The notes beneath the pieces were generated by a model. The model was not told the DNA's origin. It made no database searches and was given only the letters and a program-made list of their open reading frames with translations. The position numbers and the translations under genes are program-made. A stretch of 64,000 nucleotides of DNA, taken from positions 1,087 through 65,086 of the forward strand of contig QHSA01000145.1 in the NCBI GenBank assembly GCA_003220315.1, read 5' to 3'. Source of the stretch: Candidatus Rokuibacteriota bacterium. Lineage in GTDB: Bacteria; Methylomirabilota; Methylomirabilia; Rokubacteriales; CSP1-6. Positions 1-12,130 of this stretch are shown one piece after another (position 1 is the stretch's first letter; the number at the start of each line of letters is the position of its first letter).

Positions 1-771
1 GAGTACTTCTTCACCACGTCGTGGCAGAACGACCAGACGCCCGAGGCGATGGGCAAGTACATGACGGACCAGGGCCTCACCGACGTGCACATCATGGCGC
101 CCAACTACGCCGCCGGCAAAGACATGCTCAGCGGGTTCAAGCGGTACTTCAGGGGCCGGATCATCGCCGAGGTGTATACGCAGGTCAACCAGCCGGACTA
201 CCAGGCCGAGATCAGTCAGATCCGGGCCGCGAATCCGAAGGCGGTGTTCGTCTTCTATCCGGGGGCGATGGGAATCCAGTTCGTGAAGCAGTACGCCCAG
301 GCGGGGCTCCGTGAGCAGATCCCGCTCTACTCGGTCTACACGATCGACGAGGTGACGCTCCCCGCGCTGAAGGAGGCGGCGCTCGGCATCTGGGAGACGC
401 GGTACTGGAGCCCGGACCTCAGCAACGAGGCGAACACGAAGTACGTGTCCGACTTCCGGAAGAAGTACGGCTACACGCCCGCGTTCTACGGCGCGCAGAG
501 CTACGACGGCGTGATGTTGATCGACGCCGCGGTGCGCGCGGTCAAGGGTGACCTCGCGAACAAGGCGGGGATGATCGCCGCCATGCGGAAGGCCGACTAC
601 AAGTCGACGCGCGGTCCCTACAAGTACAACCTGAACCACTTCCCGATCGAGAACTTCTACCTTTTGAAAACCGTGCGGACGCCCGAGGGCGAGTTCGCCA
701 TGCAGATCCAGAAGACGGTCTTCGAGAACCACAAGGACGCCTACGCCAAGGACTGCGGGATGCAGTGGTAG
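1..771 (+). CDS. livK: Branched-chain amino acid ABC transporter substrate-binding protein (LivK/LivJ family). 5' partial: the frame is open from base 1.
   Basis: Frame 1 is open from position 1 into ORF 49..771. The translation has the periplasmic-binding-protein type I fold typical of Leu/Ile/Val-binding proteins, and the gene is followed by livHMGF. Confidence 0.8.
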   Translation, partial: EYFFTTSWQNDQTPEAMGKYMTDQGLTDVHIMAPNYAAGKDMLSGFKRYFRGRIIAEVYTQVNQPDYQAEISQIRAANPKAVFVFYPGAMGIQFVKQYAQAGLREQIPLYSVYTIDEVTLPALKEAALGIWETRYWSPDLSNEANTKYVSDFRKKYGYTPAFYGAQSYDGVMLIDAAVRAVKGDLANKAGMIAAMRKADYKSTRGPYKYNLNHFPIENFYLLKTVRTPEGEFAMQIQKTVFENHKDAYAKDCGMQW

Positions 772-794
772 GCGCGACGCGGATCGGCGGGCCA

Positions 795-825
795 GGGGCG
801 CGGGCGCAGCTCGCGCCCCTTTTTT
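795..825 (+). terminator. Rho-independent terminator between livK and livH: GGGGCGCG-loop-CGCGCCCC followed by TTTTTT.
   Basis: Perfect 8-bp GC stem with a 9-nt loop and a T6 run immediately after the livK stop. T-runs are very rare in this 70% GC sequence. Confidence 0.65.
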
Positions 826-865
826 GCGCCGGCCGGGCCGGACGGCCGACGCGCGGGAGCGAGAC

Positions 866-1783
866 GTGCTGCTGGTGCTCGAGCAGGGACTGAACGGGCT
901 GCAGTACGGCGTCATGCTGTTCCTGATGGCGGCGGGGCTGACCCTCGTCTTCGGCATCATGAACCTCGTCAACCTGGCCCACGGCTCCCTCTATATGGTG
1001 GGCGCCTACCTGGCCACCGCCTTCGCCCGCTGGACGGGCTCGTTCGTGCTGGGCGCGCTGCTGGCGCTTCCAGCCACGCTCCTGGTCGGCGTGGTGGTGG
1101 AGGTCATCGCCCTCCGGACGCTCTACGAGCGTGACCACCTCGATCAGGTGCTGGCCACCTTCGGCCTCATCCTTTTCTTCAACGAGCTGGTGGCGATCGT
1201 GTGGGGGCGGGCCGCGATCTACACGAGCCTGCCGCCGTCGCTCTCGGGATCCTTCGTGCTCCTTCCCGGCCTCCGGTACCCGACCTACCGCGCCCTCGTC
1301 ATCCTGGTGGGCGTGGCCGCGGCGGTGTTCCTCTACGTCCTCGTGACCTCCACGCGGCTGGGCATGCTGATCCGCGCCGGTGCGTCGAACCGCACGATGG
1401 TCGCGGCGCTCGGCGTGAACATCCGGCGGCTCTACACGCTCGTCTTCGGCCTCGGCGCCGCCCTCGCGGGCCTCGCCGGGCTCATGGCGGGGCCGATCTA
1501 CGCCGTCCAGCCCGGCATGGGCGAGCAGATCCTGATCCAGGTCTTCGTGGTCATCATCATCGGCGGTATCGGCTCGATCCGCGGCGCCGTGGCGGGCGCG
1601 ATGGTGGTCGGCATGGTGGACACGCTCGGGCGGGCGTTCCTGCGCCCCACGCTCAGCACGATCGTCTCGCCCGCCGCGGCGGACAAGGCGGGGCCGGCGC
1701 TGGCGTCGATGCTGATCTACCTCATGATGGCGGCGGTGCTCTTCTTCCGCCCGCAGGGACTGTTCCCGACCCGCGGCCGCTGA
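866..1783 (+). CDS. livH: Branched-chain amino acid ABC transporter permease LivH.
   Basis: Translation aligns with E. coli LivH from the N-terminus (LxxQxxNGxxLGxxYALxAxGxTxVFGxxxxxNxAHG). The ORF-track start at 824 lies inside the terminator T-run, so the GTG at 866 is preferred. Confidence 0.85.
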   Translation: MLLVLEQGLNGLQYGVMLFLMAAGLTLVFGIMNLVNLAHGSLYMVGAYLATAFARWTGSFVLGALLALPATLLVGVVVEVIALRTLYERDHLDQVLATFGLILFFNELVAIVWGRAAIYTSLPPSLSGSFVLLPGLRYPTYRALVILVGVAAAVFLYVLVTSTRLGMLIRAGASNRTMVAALGVNIRRLYTLVFGLGAALAGLAGLMAGPIYAVQPGMGEQILIQVFVVIIIGGIGSIRGAVAGAMVVGMVDTLGRAFLRPTLSTIVSPAAADKAGPALASMLIYLMMAAVLFFRPQGLFPTRGR

Positions 1784-1785
1784 CG

Positions 1786-2721
1786 ATGGCGATCTCCCGA
1801 CGGGCGATCGTGCTGGCAGCCGGCGCGGTGCTGCTGGCGCTGGTGCCCCCGGTGGCCGGGCTCCTCAACCAGCCCTTCTACGTCGACCTGTTCCGGCGGA
1901 TGATGATCTTCGCGATCGCCGCCCTCAGCCTGGACCTCATCCTGGGCTATGGCGGCATGGTGAGCTTCGGTCACGCGGCCTACCTCGGGATCGGCGCCTA
2001 CGCCGTCGGCATCTTCGCCTTCTACGGCGTGGACAACGGGTTCCTCCAGTGGTCGGTGGCGATCGCCGCGTCGGCGGCGGCGGCGCTCGTCATCGGCGTG
2101 ATCTCGATCCGGACGAGCGGTGTGTACTTCATCATGATCACGCTCGCGTTCACGCAGATGCTCTACTACCTCGGGATCAGCCTCGAGACCTACGGCGGCG
2201 ACAACGGGATGCCGCTCAAGACGCGTAGCCAGTTCGCCGGGCTCGTCGACCTGCGAAACCCGTCGGCGTTCTACTACGTCGTCCTGGCGCTGCTCCTCCT
2301 CTTCCTGCTTCTGGGCCGGCGGCTCGTCGACGCGCGCTTCGGCATGGTCATCAGGTCCGCCAGGTCCAACGAGCCGCGCGCGCGGGCGATCGGGTTCGCA
2401 CCGTTCCGCTACAAGCTCGCCGCCTTCGTCCTCGCGGGGGGCGCGTGCGGCCTCGCGGGCGCGCTGCTCGCGAACCAGACGGAGTACCTCACCCCTGACT
2501 TCATGCACTGGACCCGGTCCGGCGAGATCATGTTCATGGTCATCCTGGGCGGGATGCGCACGCTGTTCGGGCCCGTCCTCGGTGCGGTCGTGCTCCTCGG
2601 CCTCGAAGACGTGCTCTCCGCCCTGACGGAGCACTGGCAGATCATCCTGGGGCCCTTCCTCGTCGTCGTGGTCCTCTTCGCCAAGCGGGGCCTGTTCGGG
2701 CTGGTCTCGCGTGATGGCTGA
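1786..2721 (+). CDS. livM: Branched-chain amino acid ABC transporter permease LivM.
   Basis: ATG 3 nt after the livH stop; multi-TM permease with the LivM-type conserved core. The longer ORF 1201..2721 is an alternative-frame overlap with livH. Confidence 0.85.
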   Translation: MAISRRAIVLAAGAVLLALVPPVAGLLNQPFYVDLFRRMMIFAIAALSLDLILGYGGMVSFGHAAYLGIGAYAVGIFAFYGVDNGFLQWSVAIAASAAAALVIGVISIRTSGVYFIMITLAFTQMLYYLGISLETYGGDNGMPLKTRSQFAGLVDLRNPSAFYYVVLALLLLFLLLGRRLVDARFGMVIRSARSNEPRARAIGFAPFRYKLAAFVLAGGACGLAGALLANQTEYLTPDFMHWTRSGEIMFMVILGGMRTLFGPVLGAVVLLGLEDVLSALTEHWQIILGPFLVVVVLFAKRGLFGLVSRDG

Positions 2722-3469
2722 GCCGCTGATCGCCGTCCGCGGCCTCAGCAAGAGCTTTGGCGGCCTGCGCGCGACCGACCGGGTCGACCTCGACGTGGAG
2801 GACGGCGAGACGCACGCGATCATCGGCCCGAACGGCGCGGGCAAGACCACGCTGATCGGCCAGCTCGCGGGCGACCTCCGGCCCGACGCCGGCACGACGC
2901 GCTTCGCGGGGCGGGACGTGACGTCGCTCGACGCGCCCGCGCGCTCACGGCTCGGGCTCGCGCGCTCGTTCCAGATCACCAGCATCTTTCCCGACTTCTC
3001 CGCGCTCGACAACGTCGCCCTGGCGGTCCAGGCGCATTCGGGTCATAGCTTCCACTTCTGGCGACCGGCCCGCGCCGAGCGCGAGCTCCGCGAGCCCGCG
3101 CTGGCGGTCCTCGGCGGGGTCGGCCTCGGCGCGCGCGCCGACGTCCTCGCGGCCAACCTCGCGCACGGCGAGCAGCGGCAGCTCGAGATCGCCATGGCGC
3201 TGGCGACCCGGCCGCGGCTGCTCCTGCTCGACGAGCCCGTCGCGGGCATGGGCCTCGAGGAGACGCAGCGCATGGTGCGCCTCCTCTCCACCCTCAAGCG
3301 GCGCGTAACGATCGTGCTGGTGGAGCACGACATGGACGCCGTGTTCACCCTCGCCGATCGGATCTCGGTGATGGTCTACGGCCGGATCATCGCCACCGGG
3401 AGCCCCGAGGAGGTCCGCGGCAACGCCGAGGTTCGCCGCGCCTACCTCGGCGAGGGGACCGAGTCCTGA
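2711..3469 (+). CDS. livG: Branched-chain amino acid ABC transporter ATP-binding protein LivG.
   Basis: Walker A GPNGAGKTT, ABC signature and Walker B present. Overlaps the livM end by 11 nt. Confidence 0.9.
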   Translation: MMAEPLIAVRGLSKSFGGLRATDRVDLDVEDGETHAIIGPNGAGKTTLIGQLAGDLRPDAGTTRFAGRDVTSLDAPARSRLGLARSFQITSIFPDFSALDNVALAVQAHSGHSFHFWRPARAERELREPALAVLGGVGLGARADVLAANLAHGEQRQLEIAMALATRPRLLLLDEPVAGMGLEETQRMVRLLSTLKRRVTIVLVEHDMDAVFTLADRISVMVYGRIIATGSPEEVRGNAEVRRAYLGEGTES

Positions 3470-4170
3470 TGCTCACCGTCGACTCGCTCGAGACGGCCTA
3501 CGGCGTCAGCCAGGTGCTCTTCGGCGTCAGCCTCAGGATCGACGCGGGTCAGGTGGTGACGCTGCTCGGCAGGAATGGCATGGGCAAGACGACGACGGTG
3601 CGCTCGATCATGGGGATCGTGCGGCCGAGGGCGGGCGAGGTGCGCTTCCTGGGCCGGCCGATCCACGGGCTGCCGTCCTATCGCGTCGCGCAGACGGGGA
3701 TCGGCCTCGTGCCCGAGGGCCGCCAGGTCTTCCCGAACCTCACCGTGCGCGAGAATCTTGTCGCGACCGCGGCGAACCGCGGCGGCCACGGGGACCCGTG
3801 GACGGTCGAGAAGGTCCTCGACCTCTTTCCCCAGCTCGCCGGTCGCCAGCGCGTCCTCGGCGGGGCCCTCTCGGGCGGCGAGCAGCAGATGCTCGCGATC
3901 GGGCGCGCGCTCATGACGAACCCGCGCCTGCTCATCCTCGACGAGGCGACGGAGGGGCTCGCGCCGCTCGTCCGGACGGAGATCTGGCGCTGCCTGGTCC
4001 ACCTCAAGGCGCGCGGGCAGTCGATCCTGTTGATCGACAAGGACGTGGCCGCGCTGGCGCGGATCGCCGACCGACACTACATCCTCGAGAAGGGCCAGAT
4101 CGTGTGGAGCGGCGCCTCGGCCGAGCTCCGTGCACGCGCGGACATCCAGCACCGTTACCTCGGCGTGTGA
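3469..4170 (+). CDS. livF: Branched-chain amino acid ABC transporter ATP-binding protein LivF.
   Basis: Walker A GRNGMGKTT and signature LSGGEQQ. ATGA overlap with livG. Confidence 0.9.
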   Translation: MLTVDSLETAYGVSQVLFGVSLRIDAGQVVTLLGRNGMGKTTTVRSIMGIVRPRAGEVRFLGRPIHGLPSYRVAQTGIGLVPEGRQVFPNLTVRENLVATAANRGGHGDPWTVEKVLDLFPQLAGRQRVLGGALSGGEQQMLAIGRALMTNPRLLILDEATEGLAPLVRTEIWRCLVHLKARGQSILLIDKDVAALARIADRHYILEKGQIVWSGASAELRARADIQHRYLGV

Positions 4171-4183
4171 GAGACTGGCGGGC

Positions 4184-5035
4184 GTGAGCTGGATCGATCC
4201 GGCATTCCCGAAGACGGCGACGGTGTCCCAGCTGGTCGGCCGCGTGCTGGGACTCAACCCGGGCATGATGACGGGCCCGGGAACCAACACGTACCTCGTC
4301 GGTCGCCGCGACCCGATCCTCATCGACACGGGCGCGGGTGTGCCAGACTACCTGCCGCTACTCGAGCGTTACCTCGGCGAGCGCGGGTTCACCCAGCCCG
4401 CCCGGGTCGTGCTCACGCACCGCCACCGCGACCACATGGGCGGCGTGGCGCAGCTCCGAGCGCGGTTCCGCGGGCTCCCGGTCGCGAAGATGATCCACAA
4501 GGACGGCGGGCTCCCCGAGCCGATCGAGGACCTCCGCGAGGGCGAGCGTATCGAGGGCGAGGGCGTGACGCTCGTCCCCGTGTACACGCCCGGCCACGCC
4601 TCCGACCACCTCTGCTACTACCTCGTCGAGGAGAAGGCGCTCTTCACCGGTGACGTCATCCTCGGCGGGTCGACGACGGTGATCCCGTCCGACGACGGCG
4701 ACCTGCTCGAGTACCTCGACTCGCTCCGTCGTCTCGCGCAGCTCGACCTCCGCCGCATTTACCCGGCGCACGGCCCCGTCATCGAGGACGCGCCCGCGAA
4801 GATCCAGGAGTACATCGACCACCGCCTGATGCGCGAGCGGCAGATCCTCGCGGCGCTCGGCGACGGGATCGCGACGATCCCCGACATGGTCGCGAAGATC
4901 TATGCGGAGGTGCCGAAGGAGCTCCACCCTACGGCGGCGATGTCCGTCGAGTCGCACCTGAAGAAGCTCAGGAAGGAGCGGCGCGCCCGGGAGGTCGTCC
5001 GGCGGGACGCGCCGTCCCGCTGGGAGCTGGTCTAA
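4184..5035 (+). CDS. MBL-fold metallo-hydrolase.
   Basis: HxHxDH motif (THRHRDHMGG) with downstream His and Asp ligands. GTG at 4184 lies just after the livF stop; the ORF-track start at 4130 would overlap livF. Confidence 0.75.
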   Translation: MSWIDPAFPKTATVSQLVGRVLGLNPGMMTGPGTNTYLVGRRDPILIDTGAGVPDYLPLLERYLGERGFTQPARVVLTHRHRDHMGGVAQLRARFRGLPVAKMIHKDGGLPEPIEDLREGERIEGEGVTLVPVYTPGHASDHLCYYLVEEKALFTGDVILGGSTTVIPSDDGDLLEYLDSLRRLAQLDLRRIYPAHGPVIEDAPAKIQEYIDHRLMRERQILAALGDGIATIPDMVAKIYAEVPKELHPTAAMSVESHLKKLRKERRAREVVRRDAPSRWELV

Positions 5036-5040
5036 TCAAC

Positions 5041-5070
5041 GTTGGGGGGAGCGGCGCCGCTCCCCCCAAC
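5041..5070. terminator. Perfect 30-bp palindrome GTTGGGGGGAGCGGC|GCCGCTCCCCCCAAC between convergent genes; candidate bidirectional terminator.
   Basis: Seen directly: a perfect inverted repeat starting 6 nt after the MBL stop. No T-tract, as expected in a high-GC genome. Confidence 0.5.
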
Positions 5071-5110
5071 GCCCCCCACCGGTCATCCGCAGCGGCCTGG
5101 CCCGAAACCC

Positions 5111-5157
5111 GATGGCGCCGGCGAAGCCGGCGCTCGAAACGCAGTTACTCAGACGCG
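5111..5157. repeat. REP-like intergenic repeat, copy A (cgatggcgccggcgaagccggcgctcgaaacgcagttactc...).
   Basis: Shares the core GCGCCGGCGRAGCCGGCGCTCGAAMC and the downstream GTTACTC with copies at 7811..7835 and 38044..38117. Confidence 0.55.
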
Positions 5158-5913
5158 TGTCGAGCGGCTCGCCCGCCTGCGCGCCTCGCCGACCAGCGCC
5201 GCGAAGAGGCTGCGTGCGACGGGGTCGCGCGCGACGAGCTCTTCGGGATGCCACTGCACGCCGACGACGAAGCGGTCGCCGTCCGCCAGCTCGACTCCCT
5301 CGATGATTCCGTCGGGGGCCCAGGCGACCTCGCGGAGCCCGCGGCCGAGCGTCTTGATCGCCTGGTGGTGCATGCTGTTCACCGCGAGCTCGAGCGCCCC
5401 GACGATGGCCGCGAGCCGCGTGCCCTCGCCCAGCACCTTCACGGGGTGCGTGGGCTGGTCGCGCGGCTCCGCCTGACTGTGCCGGAGCGGCGTCCGCTTC
5501 GCGTCCGCGGCGTCGCGGTACTCGCCGGCGATGTCCTGGTAGAGGCTCCCGCCGAGCGCGACGTTGACCACCTGGACGCCGCGGCAGATCGCGAAGAGCG
5601 GCACGTCGTCCGCGAGCGCCCGGTGGACGAGGTCGAGCTCGAGGGCGTCGCGGGCTGGGGCGACGTCGTCCGTGGCCGCGTGGCGCGCCTCGCCGAAGCG
5701 CGCGGGGTCGATGTCGCCGCCGCCCGTGAGGACGAGGCCCTCGAGCCGTCGCCAGAGGGTCGCGAGCGCGTCCCCGTCGAGCCGAGGCGGGAGCAGCACG
5801 GGGATCCCGCCCGCCGCCTGGATCGCGGAGAGGTAGGCCGTGTTCACGTACGCGCGCTCGGGGGATGTGTCGACGGTGATCGAGGTCGAGACGCCGATCA
5901 GCGGTGGCTTCAC
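5149..5913 (-). CDS. Gamma-glutamyl-gamma-aminobutyrate hydrolase family protein (peptidase C26, class-I glutamine amidotransferase-like; PuuD-like).
   Basis: Conserved GICRGxQ nucleophile elbow (ICRGVQ) and HHQ / WHPE motifs. Confidence 0.8.
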   Translation of the reverse strand: MKPPLIGVSTSITVDTSPERAYVNTAYLSAIQAAGGIPVLLPPRLDGDALATLWRRLEGLVLTGGGDIDPARFGEARHAATDDVAPARDALELDLVHRALADDVPLFAICRGVQVVNVALGGSLYQDIAGEYRDAADAKRTPLRHSQAEPRDQPTHPVKVLGEGTRLAAIVGALELAVNSMHHQAIKTLGRGLREVAWAPDGIIEGVELADGDRFVVGVQWHPEELVARDPVARSLFAALVGEARRRASRSTRV

Positions 5914-5935
5914 GATCCGAGCGTAGCACGGGCGC

Positions 5936-5965
5936 TTGGCTGGGGGGCGCCCGAGCGCGTATCAT
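5936..5965 (+). promoter_or_regulatory. Candidate sigma70-like promoter TTGGCT-N18-TATCAT in the 50-bp divergent ggt / puuD-like intergenic region.
   Basis: Hexamers seen in sequence. The -10 overlaps the first ATG (5964), so the ggt start may instead be the ATG at 5976 (leaderless or short leader). Confidence 0.3.
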
Positions 5966-7754
5966 GAGGCCCACGATGAGCCTGGACTCCGTCTCCTCGC
6001 AGCAGCACGCCCCCCTCCACGCGCCGACCTCGACCGTCCAGGTCATCGGCACGCGCTGGGCCGTCGCGGCCGGCCACGCGCTCGCCTCCGAGGCCGCGGC
6101 GTGCGTGCTGTGGGCGGGCGGCAACGCGATCGACGCGGGCGTGGCGGCGGGGCTCACGCTCGGCGTCGTCCACCCCGACATGGTGAGCGTCGCCGGTGTG
6201 GCGCCGATCCTCGTCCACGTCGCCCGAACCGGCGAGACCTTCCAGGTGTCCGGCGTCGGGCCGTATCCGCGCGCCTCGAGCGTCGCGTATTTCCGCGAGC
6301 GTCACGGGGGCCAGATCCCGCCCGGCCTCCCGCGCACGGTCGTCCCTGCCGCGCCGGACGCGTGGCTCACCGCGCTCGAGCGCTGGGGCACCATGTCCTT
6401 CGGCGACGTTGCGCGCGCGGCGACCGAGCACGCCGAGCGCGGCTTCCCGGTCTCGACCTTCTCCGCGTACCAGATGGCCACGAACGCCGACAAGTACCGG
6501 CGCTGGCCGACGTCCGTCGCGCTCTTCCTCAGGGACGAGCGTGCCTACCGGGCGGGCGAGATCCTCGTCCAGCGCGAGCTCGGCGAAACGCTCCGCCGCA
6601 TGGCGCGCGCCGAGGCGAAGGCGGGCGGGAGCCGCGAGGCAGGCATCCGTGCCGCGCGCGACGAGTTCTACCGAGGCGAGACGGCCAGGCGCATCGCCGA
6701 GTTCCATCGCGCCTCGGGCGGGCCGCTCACCGACGAGGACCTCGCCGAGTTCGGCGTGGAGGTGGCGCCGGCGCTCACGACCCCATTCGGCGCCTGGGAC
6801 GTCGCCGCCTGTGGCTTCTGGTGCCAGGGGCCGGTGCTCCTCCAGATGCTGAATCTGCTCAACGGCGTCGATCTCGCCGCGCTCGGCCACAACGCCCCCG
6901 CGTACCTGCACCGGATCGTCGAGACCGTGAAGCTCGCGTTCGCGGACCGCGACGCGTACTACGGCGACCCGCGCTTCGTGGCGATTCCCGTGACCGGCCT
7001 CCTCTCGAAGGCGTACGCCGAGGCGCGCCGCGCGCTCGTGGGCGCCCGGGCGTGGCCCGAGATGCCGCCGGCCGGGGATCCGCATCGGCTGACCGCCGAG
7101 CGACGTCGCGAGGCGGCGCTGCCCCTCGCGGGCGGCTCGCACCCGGCGCAGTCAGGCCGGGAGACTGACGCGCTCGACACGAGCTACGTCGCCGTCGTCG
7201 ACGGGGCGGGGAACGGGTTCTCGGCCACGCCGAGCGATCCCAATGTGGACTCGCCCGTCGTGCCGGGCGTCGGCTGCGTCGTCTCGCCTCGCGGCTCGCA
7301 GGGCTGGCTCGATCCGCAACACCCGAGCGTGGTGGCGCCCGGCAAGCGGCCCCGCCTCACGCCCGCGCCGGCGATGGCGTTCACCGGAGGGCGGCTGTTC
7401 ATGGCGTTCGGCACGCCGGGCGGCGACGTCCAGCAACAGGCGATGCTCCAGGTCTTCCTCAATGTCACGGTCTTCGGCATGGAGCCGCAGGCCGCGGTGG
7501 AGGCGCCGCGCCTGGCCTCGCGCAGCTTCCCCGACTCGTTCTGGCCGCACGCGATGGCCCCCGGCAAGGTGGAGATCGAGCGGAGGATTCCACGCGAGAC
7601 CCGTGACGCGCTCGCGGCCCTCGGCCACGTCGTCGCCGAGTGGCCCGAGTTCGAGTGGCGTGCGGGCGCGGTGTGCGTCGTGCGCGTCGGGCCCGACGAC
7701 ACGCGCTGGGCCGGCGCCGATCCACGGCGCGGCTCGCTCGCGATCGCCCGCTAG
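5964..7754 (+). CDS. ggt: Gamma-glutamyltransferase (GGT) family protein, no signal peptide; start 5964 or 5976.
   Basis: Autocatalytic-site threonine context (DTSYVAVVDGAGN) and C-terminal GTPGG motif. About 597 aa. Confidence 0.85.
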   Translation: MRPTMSLDSVSSQQHAPLHAPTSTVQVIGTRWAVAAGHALASEAAACVLWAGGNAIDAGVAAGLTLGVVHPDMVSVAGVAPILVHVARTGETFQVSGVGPYPRASSVAYFRERHGGQIPPGLPRTVVPAAPDAWLTALERWGTMSFGDVARAATEHAERGFPVSTFSAYQMATNADKYRRWPTSVALFLRDERAYRAGEILVQRELGETLRRMARAEAKAGGSREAGIRAARDEFYRGETARRIAEFHRASGGPLTDEDLAEFGVEVAPALTTPFGAWDVAACGFWCQGPVLLQMLNLLNGVDLAALGHNAPAYLHRIVETVKLAFADRDAYYGDPRFVAIPVTGLLSKAYAEARRALVGARAWPEMPPAGDPHRLTAERRREAALPLAGGSHPAQSGRETDALDTSYVAVVDGAGNGFSATPSDPNVDSPVVPGVGCVVSPRGSQGWLDPQHPSVVAPGKRPRLTPAPAMAFTGGRLFMAFGTPGGDVQQQAMLQVFLNVTVFGMEPQAAVEAPRLASRSFPDSFWPHAMAPGKVEIERRIPRETRDALAALGHVVAEWPEFEWRAGAVCVVRVGPDDTRWAGADPRRGSLAIAR

Positions 7755-7810
7755 ATAACTCGGAGGGGCTTCGCCCCCCTTCCGAAACCTCCCTCCCCCC
7801 AGGATCGAGT

Positions 7811-7835
7811 GCGCCGGCGGAGCCGGCGCTCGAAC
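7811..7835. repeat. REP-like intergenic repeat, copy B (gcgccggcggagccggcgctcgaac; palindromic GCGCCGGC-GGA-GCCGGCGC).
   Basis: Identical 25-mer to 38093..38117. A short G/C hairpin (GGGGC-TTC-GCCCC) lies at 7765..7777 after the ggt stop. Confidence 0.55.
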
Positions 7836-7877
7836 CACGATCGACGGCCCCTTTTCTCCGACACGCTAGAGCAGTAG

Positions 7878-8321
7878 CTACCCGGGCCGACGGCCGATGA
7901 GGGAGAGGCCGCGGATCGTCAGGACGACCGCGCCGTGCTGGTTCCGCATCTCCATGAGCGAGCGGATCAGGCCACGGTCGGGCTTGCTTCGCGACGGAAT
8001 CGCCTCGAGGATCGTCATCCGGCCCGACAGCGTGTCACCGGGGCGCACCGGGTGCAGCCAGCGCAGCTCGTCGAAGCCCGGCGAGCCGAGGCTGGCGGTG
8101 TCGTGCAGCAGACCGTCGAAGAGGATCCGCATGAGCAGCGAGCCCGTGTGCCATCCGCTCGCGAGCAGGCCACCGTAGATCGAGCGCTTCGCAGCCTCCT
8201 CGTCGATATGGAACGGCTGCGGATCGAACTCTCGGGCGAAGGCGAGGATGCGTTCCTTCGAGATCGTCCGGGCCCCGAGCTCGATCACGTCCCCCGGCGT
8301 GAAATCCTCGAAGTAGCGCAC
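7878..8321 (-). CDS. MaoC-like (R)-specific enoyl-CoA hydratase / hotdog-fold dehydratase.
   Basis: The C-terminal 148 aa of ORF 7878..9572 has hotdog-fold dehydratase motifs ([11 protein letters not shown] ... [10 protein letters not shown]). GTG start 2 nt after the MFS stop; the rest of that ORF is an out-of-frame overlap of the MFS gene. Confidence 0.7.
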   Translation of the reverse strand: MRYFEDFTPGDVIELGARTISKERILAFAREFDPQPFHIDEEAAKRSIYGGLLASGWHTGSLLMRILFDGLLHDTASLGSPGFDELRWLHPVRPGDTLSGRMTILEAIPSRSKPDRGLIRSLMEMRNQHGAVVLTIRGLSLIGRRPG

Positions 8322-8323
8322 CG

Positions 8324-9601
8324 TCAGGAGAGGGCCGGCGCCGGGGAGCCCATCGGGCGCGAGGCGATCGGCTCCTCGCGGATCGCGAGGGCGAGCCCGG
8401 CAGCGAGGAACCCCATGAGCGCCGCGGAGACGAACGCGATCGTGTAGGCGCCGGTCCATTCGTAGATCCACCCGGCCAGCGCCGCGCCGAGCGCGGCGCC
8501 GACCTGGTGCGCGAAGAAGATCCAGCCCGACAACTCGCCGACCGAGTAGCGTCCGAAGATGTTGGCCGTCAGCGTGGTCGTCGGCGGCACCGTCGAGATG
8601 TAGTTGAGGCCGAAGATCGCCGCCCAGAGGTGGAGCGACGGGGCGTTCCAGACGTAGAGCAGGAACAGGAGTGACAGGCCGCGCACGAAGTAGTAGAAGG
8701 CGAGCGGGCCCCGGCGCCCGAACCGGTCGCAGATCCAGCCCGAGCCGACCGTCCCCAGCACGTTCATCGCGCCCATCACACCGAGCGCGGTCGAGGCCTG
8801 GAGCTCGCTGAAGTTGTGCTCGAGCGCGTGCGGCATGAAGTGGGTGAGCACCATGCCGTTGGACGTGTAGCCGCAGACGAAGAACGTCGCCATGAGGAGC
8901 CAGAATTGCGGCACCACGAGCGCGTCGAGCACCGACACTCGCTGTGCCTTCTGGGTGGCGGCCGCCTGCGCCGCGGTCTGGACGGGCCCGGTCGCGCCGT
9001 AGGGCCGGAGACCGCGCTCGGCGGGGTCGTCGCCCACGAGCCAGACGGCGATCGGCAACACGAGCACGAGCAGGCCGACGCCTTGCCAGAGGAAGCTCAT
9101 CCGCCAGCCGAACGCGAGCGTCAGGGCCATCGCGAGCGGGATCACGACGAGCTGACCGGCGGACATGCCGCCGGCGGCGATCCCGATCGCGACGCCGCGG
9201 CGCGCCTCGAACCAGCGCGCGGCGACGGTCGACGCGGTCGTCAACGCGAGGCCCCCGGCGCCGAGCGCCATGAGAAGCCCGGTCGTGAGATAGACGTGCC
9301 AGAGCCGCTGCACGAACGCGGCGCCGATCGCGCCCGCGCCCAGCAGCACGAGGGCGACGGTGACGACGCGGCGCGGTCCCCAGCGGTCGGCCAGCCGGCC
9401 GACGAGCGGCCCGGCCGCACCGAGGACGAGGAGGGAGATGGCGGCGGCACCGGAGAGGGCCCCCCGACCCCAGCCGAACTCCGCTTCCATGGGCTTGATG
9501 TAGACGCCGAAAACCGACCGCAGTCCCGAGCCGGCCACCATGCAGAGGGTGACCGCGCCGAGGACGATCCACGCCGGGTGGACCCGCCGGGGAGAGGGCA
9601 T
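8324..9601 (-). CDS. MFS transporter.
   Basis: 12-TM pattern and conserved MFS loop ([11 protein letters not shown]). Confidence 0.85.
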   Translation of the reverse strand: MPSPRRVHPAWIVLGAVTLCMVAGSGLRSVFGVYIKPMEAEFGWGRGALSGAAAISLLVLGAAGPLVGRLADRWGPRRVVTVALVLLGAGAIGAAFVQRLWHVYLTTGLLMALGAGGLALTTASTVAARWFEARRGVAIGIAAGGMSAGQLVVIPLAMALTLAFGWRMSFLWQGVGLLVLVLPIAVWLVGDDPAERGLRPYGATGPVQTAAQAAATQKAQRVSVLDALVVPQFWLLMATFFVCGYTSNGMVLTHFMPHALEHNFSELQASTALGVMGAMNVLGTVGSGWICDRFGRRGPLAFYYFVRGLSLLFLLYVWNAPSLHLWAAIFGLNYISTVPPTTTLTANIFGRYSVGELSGWIFFAHQVGAALGAALAGWIYEWTGAYTIAFVSAALMGFLAAGLALAIREEPIASRPMGSPAPALS

Positions 9602-9651
9602 GTGGTTATGATGCCAGCACCCCGCCCCGGCGATTCACGGAGATGCGGTCG

Positions 9652-12021
<2,370 letters not shown>

Positions 12022-12130
12022 CCTCGAGTCTCTCCTTCACTCGCCTCGGCCGGCGGGGGCTCGATTCACAGACTCGCCTTGCCTGCAGCTGCGGCTCGCC
12101 CTGCGGCCCCGCGACGGCCTGCGGCTCACC

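Noticed and set aside
1201-2721. 506-aa version of LivM starting inside livH.
   Set aside because: The N-terminal part is an out-of-frame overlap of livH. The conserved LivM sequence begins at ATG 1786.
1717-3012. Long minus-strand ORF (431 aa) antisense to livM/livG, and similar long alternative-frame ORFs throughout the window: 542..1138-, 5910..7142-, 5936..7168+, 7152..7838-, 8816..9787+, 9643..11667+, 10769..12040-, 14695..16770+, 16689..18605-, 17111..18478+, 18906..19793-, 20529..22709-, 20588..22012+, 23371..25041-, 29290..32895-, 35807..36580+, 36959..38029-, 40227..41546-, 41389..42816-, 43730..45493-, 47158..48783-, 61653..63059+, 62473..63492+.
   Set aside because: Arg/Pro/Gly/Ala-rich low-complexity translations typical of non-coding frames in 70% GC DNA. 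Each overlaps a gene with clear family motifs on the other strand or frame.
7878-9572. 564-aa ORF as a single protein.
   Set aside because: Only its C-terminal 148 aa (MaoC-like) is coding. The rest is an alternative frame of the MFS transporter gene 8324..9601, and a GTG start lies 2 nt after the MFS stop.
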